Source: Leucoraja erinacea (taxonomy: Eukaryota). From it: a DNA stretch of 64,000 nt. The stretch covers positions 2,852,001 to 2,916,000 of the forward strand of contig NC_073403.1 in NCBI RefSeq assembly GCF_028641065.1. The letters are read 5' to 3'. Every line of letters starts with the position of its first letter. Positions within the stretch are counted from its first letter, which is position 1. Below are positions 1 to 12,524 of this stretch, in pieces. The position numbers and the translations under genes were made by a program. The notes beneath the pieces were generated by a model that saw only the letters and a program-made list of their open reading frames with translations, was not told where the DNA came from and did no database searches.

Positions 1-950
1 TGACACACCACCAGTGCCTCAACCGAGTGGCTGTGCTGAACCAAACATCAGCTGCTACTCAGCTGTGGTGCCATCATACAGGCCTGAAGGTCAGGTTTTC
101 AAGCCCATTCCAGAGCATGGTTTTGGGAGTAACTCAAGTCAAGTCAAGTCTATTTGTCACATACACATACGAGGTGCGCAGTGAAATGAAAAATGGCAAT
201 GCTCGCGGACTTTTGTGCAAAAAGACAAACAACAAAACAACCAAACAAACTATAAACACAATCACAACACACATATTCTTTTACATAATAAATAATGGAA
301 GGGAAAACATTCACGGGTCGAGCAGAATCTCCGGAGAAGGAATGGGCGACGTTCCGGGTGTCTAGCCCCTTCTTCGGACTGGGTTAGGGATAGCAGAAGC
401 GGGAGATACAGACAATGATGCAGAGAGACAAAGAACATCGAGGGTAGCAGGAGAGGATGTCGCAGAACTCTCTCTACATTACATGTTTAAGAAGGAACTG
501 CAGATGCTGTAAAATCGAAGGCAGACAAAATTGCTGGAGAAACTCAGCGGGTGCAGCAGCATCTATGGAGCGAAGGAAATAGGCAACATTTCGGGCCGAA
601 ACCCGGAAGGGTTTCGTCCCGAAACGTTACCTATTTCCTATAGTGGAGATTGTGCAACTCTTTGCATGGAGCGGAGGAAATAGGCAACGTTGCCCATTTC
701 CTTCGCTCCATAGATGCTGCTGCACCCGCTGAGTTACTCCAGCTAGTTGTGTCAGTTTAAAACAGGCATCTGCAGTTCCTTCCTAAACATGACCCGGGAA
801 CAAGCAGCTCCATTCAAGCCCACAGGAATTATGGACGCAGCCCAGACCATCTGACAAACCAATCTCCCTTCCACCGATCCTGTAATGATAGAGCAGGCAG
901 ACTTCAAACCATTCTTCAACGAAGTATATCAAATCATAAGATGCATGCAC

Positions 951-1119
951 AAGGGGGAGAGGGGGAGAGGGAGAGGGGAGAGGGGGAGAGGGGGGGGAGA
1001 GGGGGGGGACAGTGTGGGGACAGGGAGAGTGGGGAGAGGGGGAGGGGGGAGAGGGGGAGGGGGAGAGGGGGAGGGGGAGAGGGGAGAGGGGGGAGAGGGG
1101 GGAGAGGGGGAGAGGGGGA
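951..1119 (+). repeat. Polypurine (GGGGAGA)n-like low-complexity tract
   Basis: Almost pure G/A run of ~170 nt. Confidence 0.9.
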
Positions 1120-3377
1120 GACACACACAGTGCACGTGTGTCCCTGGAGAGGGAACATGCGGTGTTCACGGGGACTTTGGAGGTATTCCGTGGGCGCTTG
1201 TCACCGCGTGGGGTTGAGAGTATTGTGAATAATGATTGTAATGTTGTACTATAATGACACGATATAATGTAAGTTCGTTTTGTGTAGGACTTGATCTGTT
1301 GTATTATTTGATGTGTTGAATAAAGTCTTTGAAAAAGAAGGAAAAAAAAGACACATACAGCGTGCAAACAGGCCCTTTGGCCTAATTTGCCCACGTCGAC
1401 CAACAAGCCCCATCTACAGTAGTCCCACCTGCCTCCGTTTGACCCATATCCCTCTAATCCTACCTGTAAAAATGTTTCTTAAACATAGAAAATAGGTGCA
1501 GGAGTAGGCTATTCGGCCCTTCACCGCCATTCAATATGATCATCCCACTCAGTATCCCATCCCTGCCTTCTCTCCATACCCCCTGATCCCCTTAGCCACA
1601 AGGGCCACATCTAACTCCCTCTTAAATATAGCCAATGAACTGGCCTCAACTGCCTTCTGTGGCAGAGAATTCCACAGATTCACCACTCTCTGTGTGGGAA
1701 AAAAAATGTTTTTCTCATCTCGGTCCTAAAGGATTTCCCCCTTATCCTTAAACTGTGACCCCTTGTCCTGGACTTCCCCAACAACGGGAACAATCTTCCT
1801 GCATCTAGCCTGTCCAACCCCTTAAGACTTTTGTAGGTCTCTATAAATGACGTGATCGCACCTGCTTCAGCTACCTCCTCCGGCTGACCTCCCCACCACA
1901 AGCGTATTGACAGGAGTCACGGCCTCAAAAAGTCTGCCAGTATCATCAGAGACGCACACCCACCCTGATCACGTACTCACTCCTCCCCTCCCCAGCCCAT
2001 CGGGCCCGATATCTATATGTGTGCGCGCGTCTGTGTACATGTATACGTGTATCTTTAATATACATGCACCTGTATACATGCAATATCACACACATTCCAT
2101 ACCCCCAACACCCTTTGTTAAAATGTTGACCCTCAGATTCCCAATAAATCTTTTCCCCCTCGTCTTAAAGTCAGAACCTCCCCCCCCCCCCCCCTCAAGA
2201 CAATAGGCCATAGCTTTAAGGTGAGAAGGACAACATTGTAAGGAGATGTGCAACGCCTCCCCCCCCCCCCCCCCTTTAGAGAGGATAGCGGAGGGCCAGG
2301 AATGTACTGTTTTGGGTGGGGGAGGAGGCAGATATAATAGCCTTGTTTATGGGACGTTTGGACAGGCACTTGGATATGCAAGGAATGGAGGGTTGTGGAT
2401 CACGTGCAGGCATATCAGATTAGTTTATCACGGCATCATGCTCAGCATGGACACTGTGGGCCGAAGGGCCTGTTATCTGTGCAGAAATGCTGCCTGACCA
2501 AGAGATACTCCAGCACTTAGATATAGAGTTACCGCTCGGAAACAGGCCCACCGAGTCCGCACCGACCAGCGATTTTACCCGCCCCCACCCACCCACACAC
2601 ACACTAACGCAATCCTACACACACTGGGGCCAATTTACAATTATACCGAGCCAACTAACCAGACTTGTGTTCGACACAAGATTGCAGCATCTACAGTTCC
2701 TTATGTCTACCTCTGTCGTATTGTGCTATGCTCAGTGGCCGGATGGTGCTTTGGTCTGATGCTATGATCAGTGCTAAACTAAAGTCTTCCGTTCTGCTTT
2801 TAACAGGACACAGATGGAGTTTCTGCCACGTATCTTCACCATACAACTGGAGCTAAGCCAAGGAGAAAACTGAATGGCTTAGGAAACACAAACAAACCTG
2901 GAAAGCTTGATGGCTGGGATACATTCCAACAGGAGTTTAAGTCTCATGTTTTCAAGAGAGAGTTAGATTTAGTTCTTAGAGCTAAAGGAATCAAGGGATA
3001 TGGGGGGAAAAAAGCAGGAACGGGGTACTGATTTTCAATGATCAGCCACGATCATATTGAATGGCAGCGCTGGCTCGAAGGGCCGAATGGCCTACTCCTG
3101 CACCTATTGTCTAGTGTGTCCTTTTCTGTAAAGAAGCAACGCTGTTCCTTGTTTCTAAAGCTACTGTTCAGTGTGGGAGCTTTATACTTCCATTTAAAAA
3201 AAGCTTTGGGTTCACAATCTTGAACCCGAGGTAGCTAGGCCTTGTGGAAAAGTCCATTTCAGTTAGCAAATAAGGAGACACATTTTCTGTGTGTAGGAAA
3301 GAACTGCAGATGCTGGTTTAAATCGAAGGCAGACCAAAAAAGCTGGAGTAACTCAGCATCGCTTGAGAGAAGGAATG

Positions 3378-3410
3378 GGCGACGTTTCGGGTCGAGACCC
3401 TTCTTCAGAC
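3378..3410 (-). ncRNA. Minimal type I hammerhead ribozyme motif (Penelope-associated), representative intact copy
   Basis: The - strand reads GU CUGAAGA A GGGU CUCG ACCC GAAAC GUC GCCC. Self-cleavage activity is not shown. Confidence 0.65.
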
Positions 3411-5346
3411 TTCCTATGTCTCTATGACTGCCTTCACAACACTATGTATGGTGTTTTGTACCCTGGTCACACAGTATACAATGCAAACAAGATTAGGCAT
3501 GTACATTGCAACATAAACTAAAGCTAACTAGCAATAATCTGTGTGTTGGTGGTTTCTCTATAGTTTGATCAGAGACTGCTGTGGTGGCCCCTTATTTGCA
3601 AACTGAACTGGACTTTTCCAAAAGGCCTAGATACCTCGGGTTCAAGATTGTGAACCTCAAGCTTTTTTAAATTGGAAGTATAAAGCTCCCACACTGAACA
3701 GTAGCTTTAGGAACAAGGAACAGCAGATGTTTCTTTACAGAAAAGGACACAATAGACAATAGGTGCAGGAGCAGGCCATTTGGCCCTTCGAGCCAGCACC
3801 GCCATTCAATGTGATCATGGCTGATCATCCACAATCAGTACCCCGTTCCTGCCTTCTCCCCATATCCCCCGACTCCGATATCTTGAAGTGCCCCATCTCC
3901 CACAAAGTGCTGGAGTAACTCAGTGGGTCAGGCAACATTGTTAGAGAACATGGATTGGCGACACTTTGTCCCAAAAAGGAACTGCAGATGTTGGTTTACA
4001 CCACAAATGGACACAAGTGCTGGAGTAACACAGCGGGTCAGGCAGCATCTCTGGAGAACATTGATAGGCGACATTTTGTAATAACAAGGAAATACAGATG
4101 TTGGGTTTTTTTTTAAACCAAAAATGGACATAATATGCTGGAGTAACTCAGCGGGTCAGGCAGCATTTCCCCAGAGACAGAATTACACCATCATTTTGTG
4201 TCCATCTTAGATGATGTTTTGAGTTGGAACCTTTCTTTAGATTAAACAATAGACAATAGGTGCAGGATTAGGCCATTTGGCCCTTCGAGCCAGCACCGCC
4301 ATCCAATGTGATCATGGCTGATCAAACGGAAGGTTTAGGTTTATCATTGTCATGCAAATTCAGGTACTGCAACAAGCTTCGTTTTACATGCTCTCCCATT
4401 AAATCAGATCCTATACATGTATACAATCAAGCCAAACTCAGGCACAATAGGTAGCGTGAAGAGAAAGGTAGAGTGTGGAACATAGCTCTCAGTGTATGTG
4501 CTGTTCCAATAATTCATGCAAACAAGACCAGACCAGGATTGACACAAAAAGCTGCACATCCCTGGAGAGGGTAGGGCAGCAGAGTTCATAAGTGATAGAA
4601 GCAAAATTAGGCCATTCGGCCCATCAAGTCTACCCCGCCATTCAATCATGGTGGATTTATCTCTCCCATCTAACCCCGTTCTCCTGCTTTCACCCCACAA
4701 CCCCCGACACCCAGACTAATCTAGATCTATCTCTGCCTTAAAAATACCCATTGAGTTGGTCTCCACAGCCCTCTGCGGCAAATCATTCCACAGATTCACC
4801 ACCCTCTGTTCCTCTCTGGAGAAACGGAATATGTGATCAGGTTTAGTTTCCAGCATAGTATGTATTAGCTTGTTGAGTTCAGTGAGGGCAATAGCAGCAT
4901 GACTAAGGGCAGATGGGCATAGAGCATCTGGGTGAGGTGTATAACTAAGCACTGCATGGATTGCAGCTGAAACAGTCGTGGTCCTCCACTGCTTCCCGCA
5001 GATCTGTGCTGGATTAGGTACATTTGCTGCAGGCTCCTTATTATGAGCAAGAATAGTTGGAATCACTGTGCCTACCAGTCAGCAGACACGGGAAGAAAGC
5101 AAGAGTGAACTACTTATATGCCTGGGTGATCACCCTTCCCTGGAATGGAAAACAGCGAATGGTGTTCACACCCCCCCCCCCCCCCCCCCCCCCCCATCTG
5201 GAAACCCACGGGATCCATCACAGGTACTGACCTCCCCACCAGCAAAAGCATCCACAGGAGTCACTGCCTCAAAAAGGCACCCGGCATCGTCAGAGACCCA
5301 CACCATAGTGGTCATGCTCTCACCCTACTCGCCATTGGGAAGGAGG

Positions 5347-5791
5347 NNNNNNNNNNNNNNNNNNNNNNNNNNNNNNNNNNNNNNNNNNNNNNNNNNNNNN
5401 NNNNNNNNNNNNNNNNNNNNNNNNNNNNNNNNNNNNNNNNNNNNNNNNNNNNNNNNNNNNNNNNNNNNNNNNNNNNNNNNNNNNNNNNNNNNNNNNNNNN
5501 NNNNNNNNNNNNNNNNNNNNNNNNNNNNNNNNNNNNNNNNNNNNNNNNNNNNNNNNNNNNNNNNNNNNNNNNNNNNNNNNNNNNNNNNNNNNNNNNNNNN
5601 NNNNNNNNNNNNNNNNNNNNNNNNNNNNNNNNNNNNNNNNNNNNNNNNNNNNNNNNNNNNNNNNNNNNNNNNNNNNNNNNNNNNNNNNNNNNNNNNNNNN
5701 NNNNNNNNNNNNNNNNNNNNNNNNNNNNNNNNNNNNNNNNNNNNNNNNNNNNNNNNNNNNNNNNNNNNNNNNNNNNNNNNNNNNNNNNNNN
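5347..5791. other. Assembly gap (445 N)
   Basis: Run of N. Confidence 1.
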
Positions 5792-7420
5792 TGTGTGCGT
5801 ATATCTGTGTGAGGGTGTGTATGTGTGGGAGTGTATATACACATAAATATATATACCCACACACAACATACATATACATGCACACACTATATATATATCC
5901 ACACACACATCTCTGTAAATTGTTCCTCATGTGTAGAGAGCGGATGTGCAAGTGAGATAACATGGGACTAGAGTGAATGGGTGACCGATGGGCGGCATGG
6001 AGTCTGCGGGCTGAAGGGCCTGTTTCCATGGTGTATCTCCGAACTAAACTCGCTCCCAAGGGGAAACCCGCCCAGAAGGAACAGCCGCTCGAGTTGAATA
6101 TCACAACATTGCTGGCTTCTGCCAAATTGAGCGCAGGCAACAGCAGCACCATTGATGGCTGGCACGCTGGTGGGTGTAAGAGGTTAAAATAAGTCTTTTG
6201 TGAGAAGGCGGGTTCCCACAGACTTTACTGGATCTTTGTACAGTGGACCAGAAACAAAAAATTAAAAACTTCTCCATCAAGATTCCCACCCTCATCCCTG
6301 CAGTAGACAGACATACAGCAGTTAAACAATTTTAAGCAGGGGTTTTTAAATGTTTGTGAATTAACAAAACAGGAACAACATCTCAAGAGACAGCCTGTAC
6401 TAATGAACCTTCATCTAACCAAAAACTTATAAGTGATGGGGGAAGACATACAAATCTATTTTAATCTTCATCTCAAGGTGTTCAATGAAACGGGGCATGT
6501 CCTTTGGGAGGTAGACAACAGTGCTGGAGAAACTCAGCGGGTGCAGCAGCATCTATGGAGCGAAGGAAATAGCCAACGTTTCGGGCCGAAACCCTTCTTC
6601 AGACTTTTAACTTCTGAAGTCCTTTGGGAGCTTCTAAACTTTTAATTTCAGATTTTAGGAATGTGAATGAGCACTGGTTATATATATATATATATATATT
6701 TTTTAATGTTTTAACATCAGGGTTTTACACTGGCCTAAAAAAGCAATCCAAACTTTCTGCTAAAAAAAACTCTTTCAGATCCAATTTCAATGTGTGACGT
6801 GAAATAAATGGATCAACGCCCTCTACACAGCCTTATCGCCAGTAAAATGTATAATATTCTCACGCCCCACTGACCCGCATTGATTCTTTTTTTAAAGATT
6901 TAAATCCAACAAGAGCCTGAGATAATTTTATTTCAAAAATGACAATTTAATTCCCAAAACATGTTTAGACGACGGGGGGTGTGGGGGAAACAAACACACA
7001 ATTAAAAAAACAAAATGTAACCAAGAAAGATAGCCTTCAGTACAATCCTGAGAAAATAAACTCGCTTGGAAAAAAAAAATCTCCACGTATGGTGAATGAT
7101 TTTATTTTGTGTGTCCACGGGGAGAGAGAGAAAAGGGTTTGGTTAATATACTTCCGCCTTCTTGGCGCCTTCAACGGTGAGAAGGTCCCGAAATATTTTT
7201 TTAAAAAACGGAAACCATGACACGATTTCGCACTTTGTCAAGTCTGAAGAAGGGTTTCGGCCCGAAACGTTGCCTATCTCCTTCGCTCCATAGATGCTGT
7301 TGCACCCGCTGAGTTTCTCCAGCATTTTTGTCTACCTTAGTCGAGTTACGGTTTGTTACAGGGGGTGATTTGTCGGGGCCACTACAGATTGTTTGTCGAT
7401 CTGGCAAAGCTGCTGCCGTT

Positions 7421-7645
7421 CGTTACAATGAAACCGACGAGCTATACTTTGCTACAGTGAACTCGACCAGCTAGTTTGCTACAGTGAAACTGACGAGGTA
7501 GTTTGCTACAATGAAACTGACGAGGTAGTTTGCTACAGTGAAACTAACGAGCTACACTTCGCTACAGTGAAACTAACGAGCTACACTTCGCTACAGTGAA
7601 ACTGTTGTTGTTTGCTACAGTGAAACTAACGAGCTACAATGTAAC
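7421..7645 (+). repeat. Minisatellite with ~27-29 bp unit (GCTACAGTGAAACTRACGAG...), just inside LASP1 intron 1
   Basis: About 8 degenerate tandem units, visible directly. Confidence 0.9.
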
Positions 7646-7695
7646 CGATCAGCGAGAACCCAGACCGCGCCACCATGGTGTCCATTCCTGCTCAC

Positions 7696-7764
7696 CTTGT
7701 CTAGGCAGTTGACTTTTTCGGTCGGATAGACGATTTTTTTACATCTAGCGCACGGCGGATTCAT
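7696..7764 (-). CDS. LASP1: LASP1 coding exon 1 (start of LIM domain); the rest of the gene continues off the left edge of the window
   Basis: The reverse strand reads ATG...AAG|GTGAGC = [23 protein letters not shown] (69 nt, phase-0 donor), matching the LASP1 N-terminus. It is divergent from RPL23, as in human. Not in the ORF track (too short). Confidence 0.93.
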
Positions 7765-8154
7765 TTTACAAGGCTTTTTGTTCCCTCCTTTCGTTTTTTT
7801 TTTGTGTTTTTTTTCCCCCGAGACGCAATTCAGTCTTTCCAGACGCGTGGTAAAGATTTCTCAATCCTTTTTTTTCCCCCTCCCTCGCTCGCTCGCTGGC
7901 TCTGACTCCGTTTGAATCCGCTTCTGTGCGAAGCTGTTTTCTCTCTGATCTAATCAGGGTATAAACAGGAAGGGCACCGAAGAGCGAGCACGTCCAAAGG
8001 AGAGGGTTGGGTCTGGTAGCTGGGGGTGGGGGGAAAGATTTCCAGTGAGCGCGCACTCTGTCTGAGACGTTACACGTTTAGAGGAGGGACGTGGGCTGTA
8101 AAAGAGGGAGGGAGAGTATTCACAGAGAGAGAGAGAGATCACATGGATGACGAG

Positions 8155-8162
8155 TTTTTATA
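8155..8162 (-). promoter_or_regulatory. Candidate TATA box of LASP1
   Basis: TATAAAAA on the - strand ~390 nt upstream of the ATG, ahead of a CT-rich leader. The TSS is not verified. Confidence 0.45.
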
Positions 8163-11100
8163 CGCCACACGCACGCAATCCACAGCCAATGTTCAATGAT
8201 TGTGCATCAATGTTCAATGTTTGTTGTTCGAAGATCAGACAGATTCAACTCACTGAAGAAGGGCTACACACAAAAAAACTGGAGAAACTCAGCGGGTGCA
8301 GCTATTTCCTTCACTCCATAGTTGCCGCCTCACCCGCTGAGTTTCACCAGCACTTTTGTCTACCTTCAACTCACTTTCATTGATTGAACTGAATAAAGAA
8401 GCAGTCATGTCGGCAAACACACACACACCCACACAACAGGTTGGGCGATGATTTATGCGCCTCACCCGGGTTTATTACAAGTCGAGTTGCTGGAGAAAAA
8501 CTCAGCAGCACTTTTGTCTACCTTCAACTCACTTTCATTGATTGAACTGAATAAAGAAGCAGTCATGTCGGCAAACACACACACCACCCACACGCAGGTG
8601 TGGGCGATGATTTATGCGCGGCTAGACGTGGCTGATAACGCAAGGGTTTATTACAAGTCGACAAAAAGTAAATGCTGGAGAAACTCAGCGGGTGAGGCAG
8701 CATCTATGGGACAGGATTGGGGTCTCTAGATGTATTAATTCATCGGGAAGTTGGCTTTCATAATTGATTGGAACAGAATTAGGCCATTCGACCCATCAAG
8801 TCTACCCCCATCATTCAATCATGGCTGATCTGTCTCTCCCTCAAACCCCATTCTCCTGCCTTCACCCCATAACCCCTGACACCCGTACTAATTAAGAATC
8901 TATCTCTGCCTTAAAAAATATCCATTGATTTGGCCTCCACGCCGTTCTGTGGCAATTAATTCCATAGAGGATTCCAGAGTCCCCGGTCTCTTCCTGTTGG
9001 AGGCCGCTCCTCATTGCAGCCCCAACGATAACGGAGACCCGACGAGAAAAGGTGGGGTCTCCCGTCCAGGGGGAGATTAAAAACCCCACCCCACCCCCAC
9101 CCCCCCCCCACACACACCCACCCCAAGAAAATATAACAAAAACTACATAAAAACATAGACAGAAAATAATAAAACGCGGACGGGCTGCAGAGGCCGCTGC
9201 TGACGAGAGTCGCGCCGCCCACCGGATTAAATGGATTGAAGGGCCGAATGGCCTACTCCTGCACCTACTGTCTATAGTCTAGATTCACCACCTAAAGGAA
9301 TATCCTTTTAATTCTGAGGCTAGTTTAGTTTAGATTATTGTCACGTGTACTGAGGTACAGTGAAAAGCTTTTGTTGCGCGCTAACCAATCAAACTAACTA
9401 ATCAAATCCCTCTCACCTGTATCCACCTATCAGTCTAAAGAAAGCTCCCGACCCAAAACATCACCCATCCATGTTCTCCAGAGATGCTGCCTGACCCACA
9501 GTTACTCCAGAACTTTGTGTCAACCTATCACTATGCAGCCACCCCCCCCCCCCCCCCCCCCCCCCCCCCACCCCTCCCCTCCCCCCCCCCCCCCCCAAAC
9601 TTTTCCAGGTTTCTGTCCTCCTATTACAATAAGTCCAAAGAAAGGTCCTGAAATGTCTCAGTTGTAAACACGTATTGTCTTTCCACTATCTGGATAGCAT
9701 CCAAAAGAAAGCTTTTCACTGTACCTCGGTACACGTGACAATAAACTCAACTCAATGAACTAATTGTTGCCGAAGATAGATACATAAAGCTTGAGTATCT
9801 CAGCCAGTCAGACAGCATCTCTGGAGAAAAAGAATAGGTGACGTTTCACGTCGAGACCCTCCTTCAGACTGAGAGTCATAGAAACATAGAAAATAGGTGC
9901 AGGAGTAGGCCATTCGGCCCTTCGAGCCTGCACCGCCATTCGATATGATCGTGGCTGATCATCCAACTCAGTATCCCATCCCTGCCTTCTCTCCATACCC
10001 CCTGATCCCTTTAGCCACAAGGGCCACATCTAACTCCCTCTTAAATATAGGCAATGAACTGGCCTCAACTACCTTCTGTGGCAGAGAATTCCACAGATTC
10101 ACCACTCTCTGTGTAAAAAATGATTTTCGCATCTCGGTCCTAAAAGATTTCCCCCTTATCCTTAAACTGTGTCCCCCTAGTTCTGGACTTCCCCAACATC
10201 GGGAACAATCTTCCTGCATCTAGCCTGTCCAACCCCTTAAGACATTTGTAAGTTTCTATAAGATCCCCCCTCAATCTTCTGAATTCCAGCGAGTACAAGC
10301 CGAGTCAGGGGAAAGGGAAACAAGAGACATAATCAAGAGTCAAGAGTGTTTTATTGTCACATGTCCCAGATGGAACAATGAAATTCTTACTTGCAGCAGC
10401 ACAACAGAATATGTAGCCATAGACGGTGATACAGAGAGAAAGTGTTCAAGAAGGAACTGCAGATGCTGGAAGATCGAGGTACACAAAAATGCTGGAGAAA
10501 CCCAGCGGGTGCAGCAGCATCTATGGAGCGAAGGAAATAGGCGATGTTTCGGGCCGAAACCCTTCTTCAGACTGATGGGGGGTTGGGGGGGGAGAGAAGG
10601 AAGGAAAAAGGGAGGAGGAGGAGCCCGAGGGCAGGGGGATGGGAGGGGACAGCTCAAGGGTTAAGGAAGAGAGAAGAATACAGAGAGAAACATTGACTGT
10701 CCATATCCTCCACAGACCTGTAGAGTTACTCCAGCACTTTGTGGTTTGCTCAGGATTCCAGAATCTGCAGTTCCTTCTGTCTCTACTGTCTCTTGGCTGG
10801 GTCAAAGTCAGGCGTGGCTTGATAACACTCCTGTGAACTATATCAGGATGCATTACCACTTTATAGGAGCCATATAAATATAAATGTTCTTCTGACTCTC
10901 AATTCATGCACTAATAAGTGAAAGTCATAAAAGCTGCCTGAGGGCAGTTTCCATTAAGTTAAATTAACTTAAGGGAGTGGTGGGTATATGGTGCGATCTG
11001 CCAGAGGAGGCAGAGAGGGCAGGTACTATAATTTGTTTAGAGATACAGCACAGAAACAGGCCCTTTGGCCCACTGAGTCCGTGCCAACCAGCGATCCCCA

Positions 11101-11377
11101 CACACTGATACTATCCTATACACTGGGCAACATTTACACTTTTTACTTAAGCCAATTAACCCACAAATCTGTTTGTCTTTGGAGTGTGGGAGGAAGCCCG
11201 AACACCTCTGGAAAATCCTGCAAGGTCACGGGGAGAATGTACAAACTCCGTACACACCGTACCCATAGTGAAGATCGATCCGGGTCTCTGGCGCTGAAAA
11301 GCAGTCGCTCTATCGAGGCACCACAGTGCACACACTCGAACAGGTACATGTATAGGAAAGGAAAAGAAAACTAAACT

Positions 11378-12524
11378 CGGGGAGAAGAAAGGAAAAAGGG
11401 AGGAGGAGGAGCCGCGGATGCAGTAGATGAGGTTGGAGGAGATGCAGGTGAACCTCTGTCGCACCTGGAGCGACTGCTTGGGTCCTTGAATGGAGTCGAG
11501 GGGGGAGGTGAAGGGACAAGTGTTGCATCTCTTGCAGTTGCAACGGAAAGTGCCCGGGGAGGGGGTGGTACGAGAGGGAAGGGAAGAATTGACAAGGGAG
11601 TTACGGAGCGAGCGGTCTTTGCGGAAGGCTGACATGGGGGGAGATGGGAAGATGTGGCGAGTGGTGGGGTCACGTTGGAGGTGGCGAAACTGACGGAGGA
11701 TTACTTGTTGTATTTTACGGCTGGTGGGGTGAAAGGTGAGGACTAGGCGGACTCTGCCCTTGGTGCGAGTGGGGGGATGGGGAGAGAGAGCAGTGTTGCG
11801 GGGTATGGAAGAATCTCATCTGTGGTGGAGGAGGGGAACCCCCGTTCCCTGAAGAATGAGGACATTTCAGATGCCCTGGTGTGGAACGCATCATCCTGGC
11901 AACAGATGCGGCGTAGACGGAGGAATTGGGAGTAGGGGATGGAGTCCTTACAGGAAGCAGGGTGGGAAGAAGTGTAGTCCAGATAGCCACTGGAAATTGG
12001 AGGAACAGCACCTCATATTTTGCTTGGGGAGTCTGCATCCTGCGGGCATGAACATTGAATTCTCCCAATTGTGTTAGCCCTTGCTGTCTCCTCCCCTTCC
12101 TCAGCCCTCGGGCTCCTCCTCCTCCTTTTTCCTTCCTTCTCCCTGCCACCCCCTATCAGTCTGAAACATAGAAACATAGAAATTAGGTGCAGGAGTAGGC
12201 CACTCGGCCCTTCGAGCCTGCACCGCCATTCAATATGATCATGGCTGATCATCCAACTCAGTATCCCGTACCTGCCTTCTCTCCATACCCCCTGATCCCT
12301 TGGCCACAAGGGCCACATCTAACTCATCTAACATCTAACATCCACATCTAAGACATCTAACGTCTGAGGAAGGGTTTCGGCCCGAAACGTTACCTATTTC
12401 CTTCGCTCCGTAGATGTTGCTGCACCCGCTGAGTTTCTCCAGCATTTTTGTGAGCCATGGGAGTCAGAAGGTTTATAGTGGATTATATTTTGATTTTCCA
12501 GCATCTGCAGTTCCTTCTTAAACA
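11378..12524. mobile_element. Rearranged Penelope-like element fragment (linker/GIY-YIG region, inverted segments, nested CR1 tail)
   Basis: - strand: FRKDRSLRNSLV...CKRCNTCPF...FTCISSNLIYCI. + strand: KLEEQHLIFCLGSLHPAGMNIEF*, then 3'UTR and a hammerhead motif at 12361-12394. Confidence 0.82.

Noticed and set aside
783-1406. Long Pro- or Gly/Arg/Glu-rich ORFs on both strands
   Set aside because: Artefacts of the G/A low-complexity tract, with no splice or homology support.
2807-2945. Open frame after a good acceptor (TTTTAACAG) on the + strand
   Set aside because: No recognisable peptide and no clear donor; it runs into a CR1 tail.
4716-5066. 116-aa - strand ORF as a possible LASP1 exon
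   Set aside because: No LIM, nebulin or SH3 similarity, and it ends in CR1 sequence. LASP1 exon 2 was not found in the window.
5068-6152. ORFs of 187-295 aa
   Set aside because: They are long only because they run through the 445-N gap.
7421-7645. Calling the LASP1 intron minisatellite a functional hammerhead array
   Set aside because: There is no stem III/UH or stem I between units. It is kept only as a low-interest finding.
7696-7764. NEBL/LASP2 as an alternative identity
   Set aside because: The N-termini are similar, but adjacency to RPL23, SPMAP1 and CWC25 supports LASP1.
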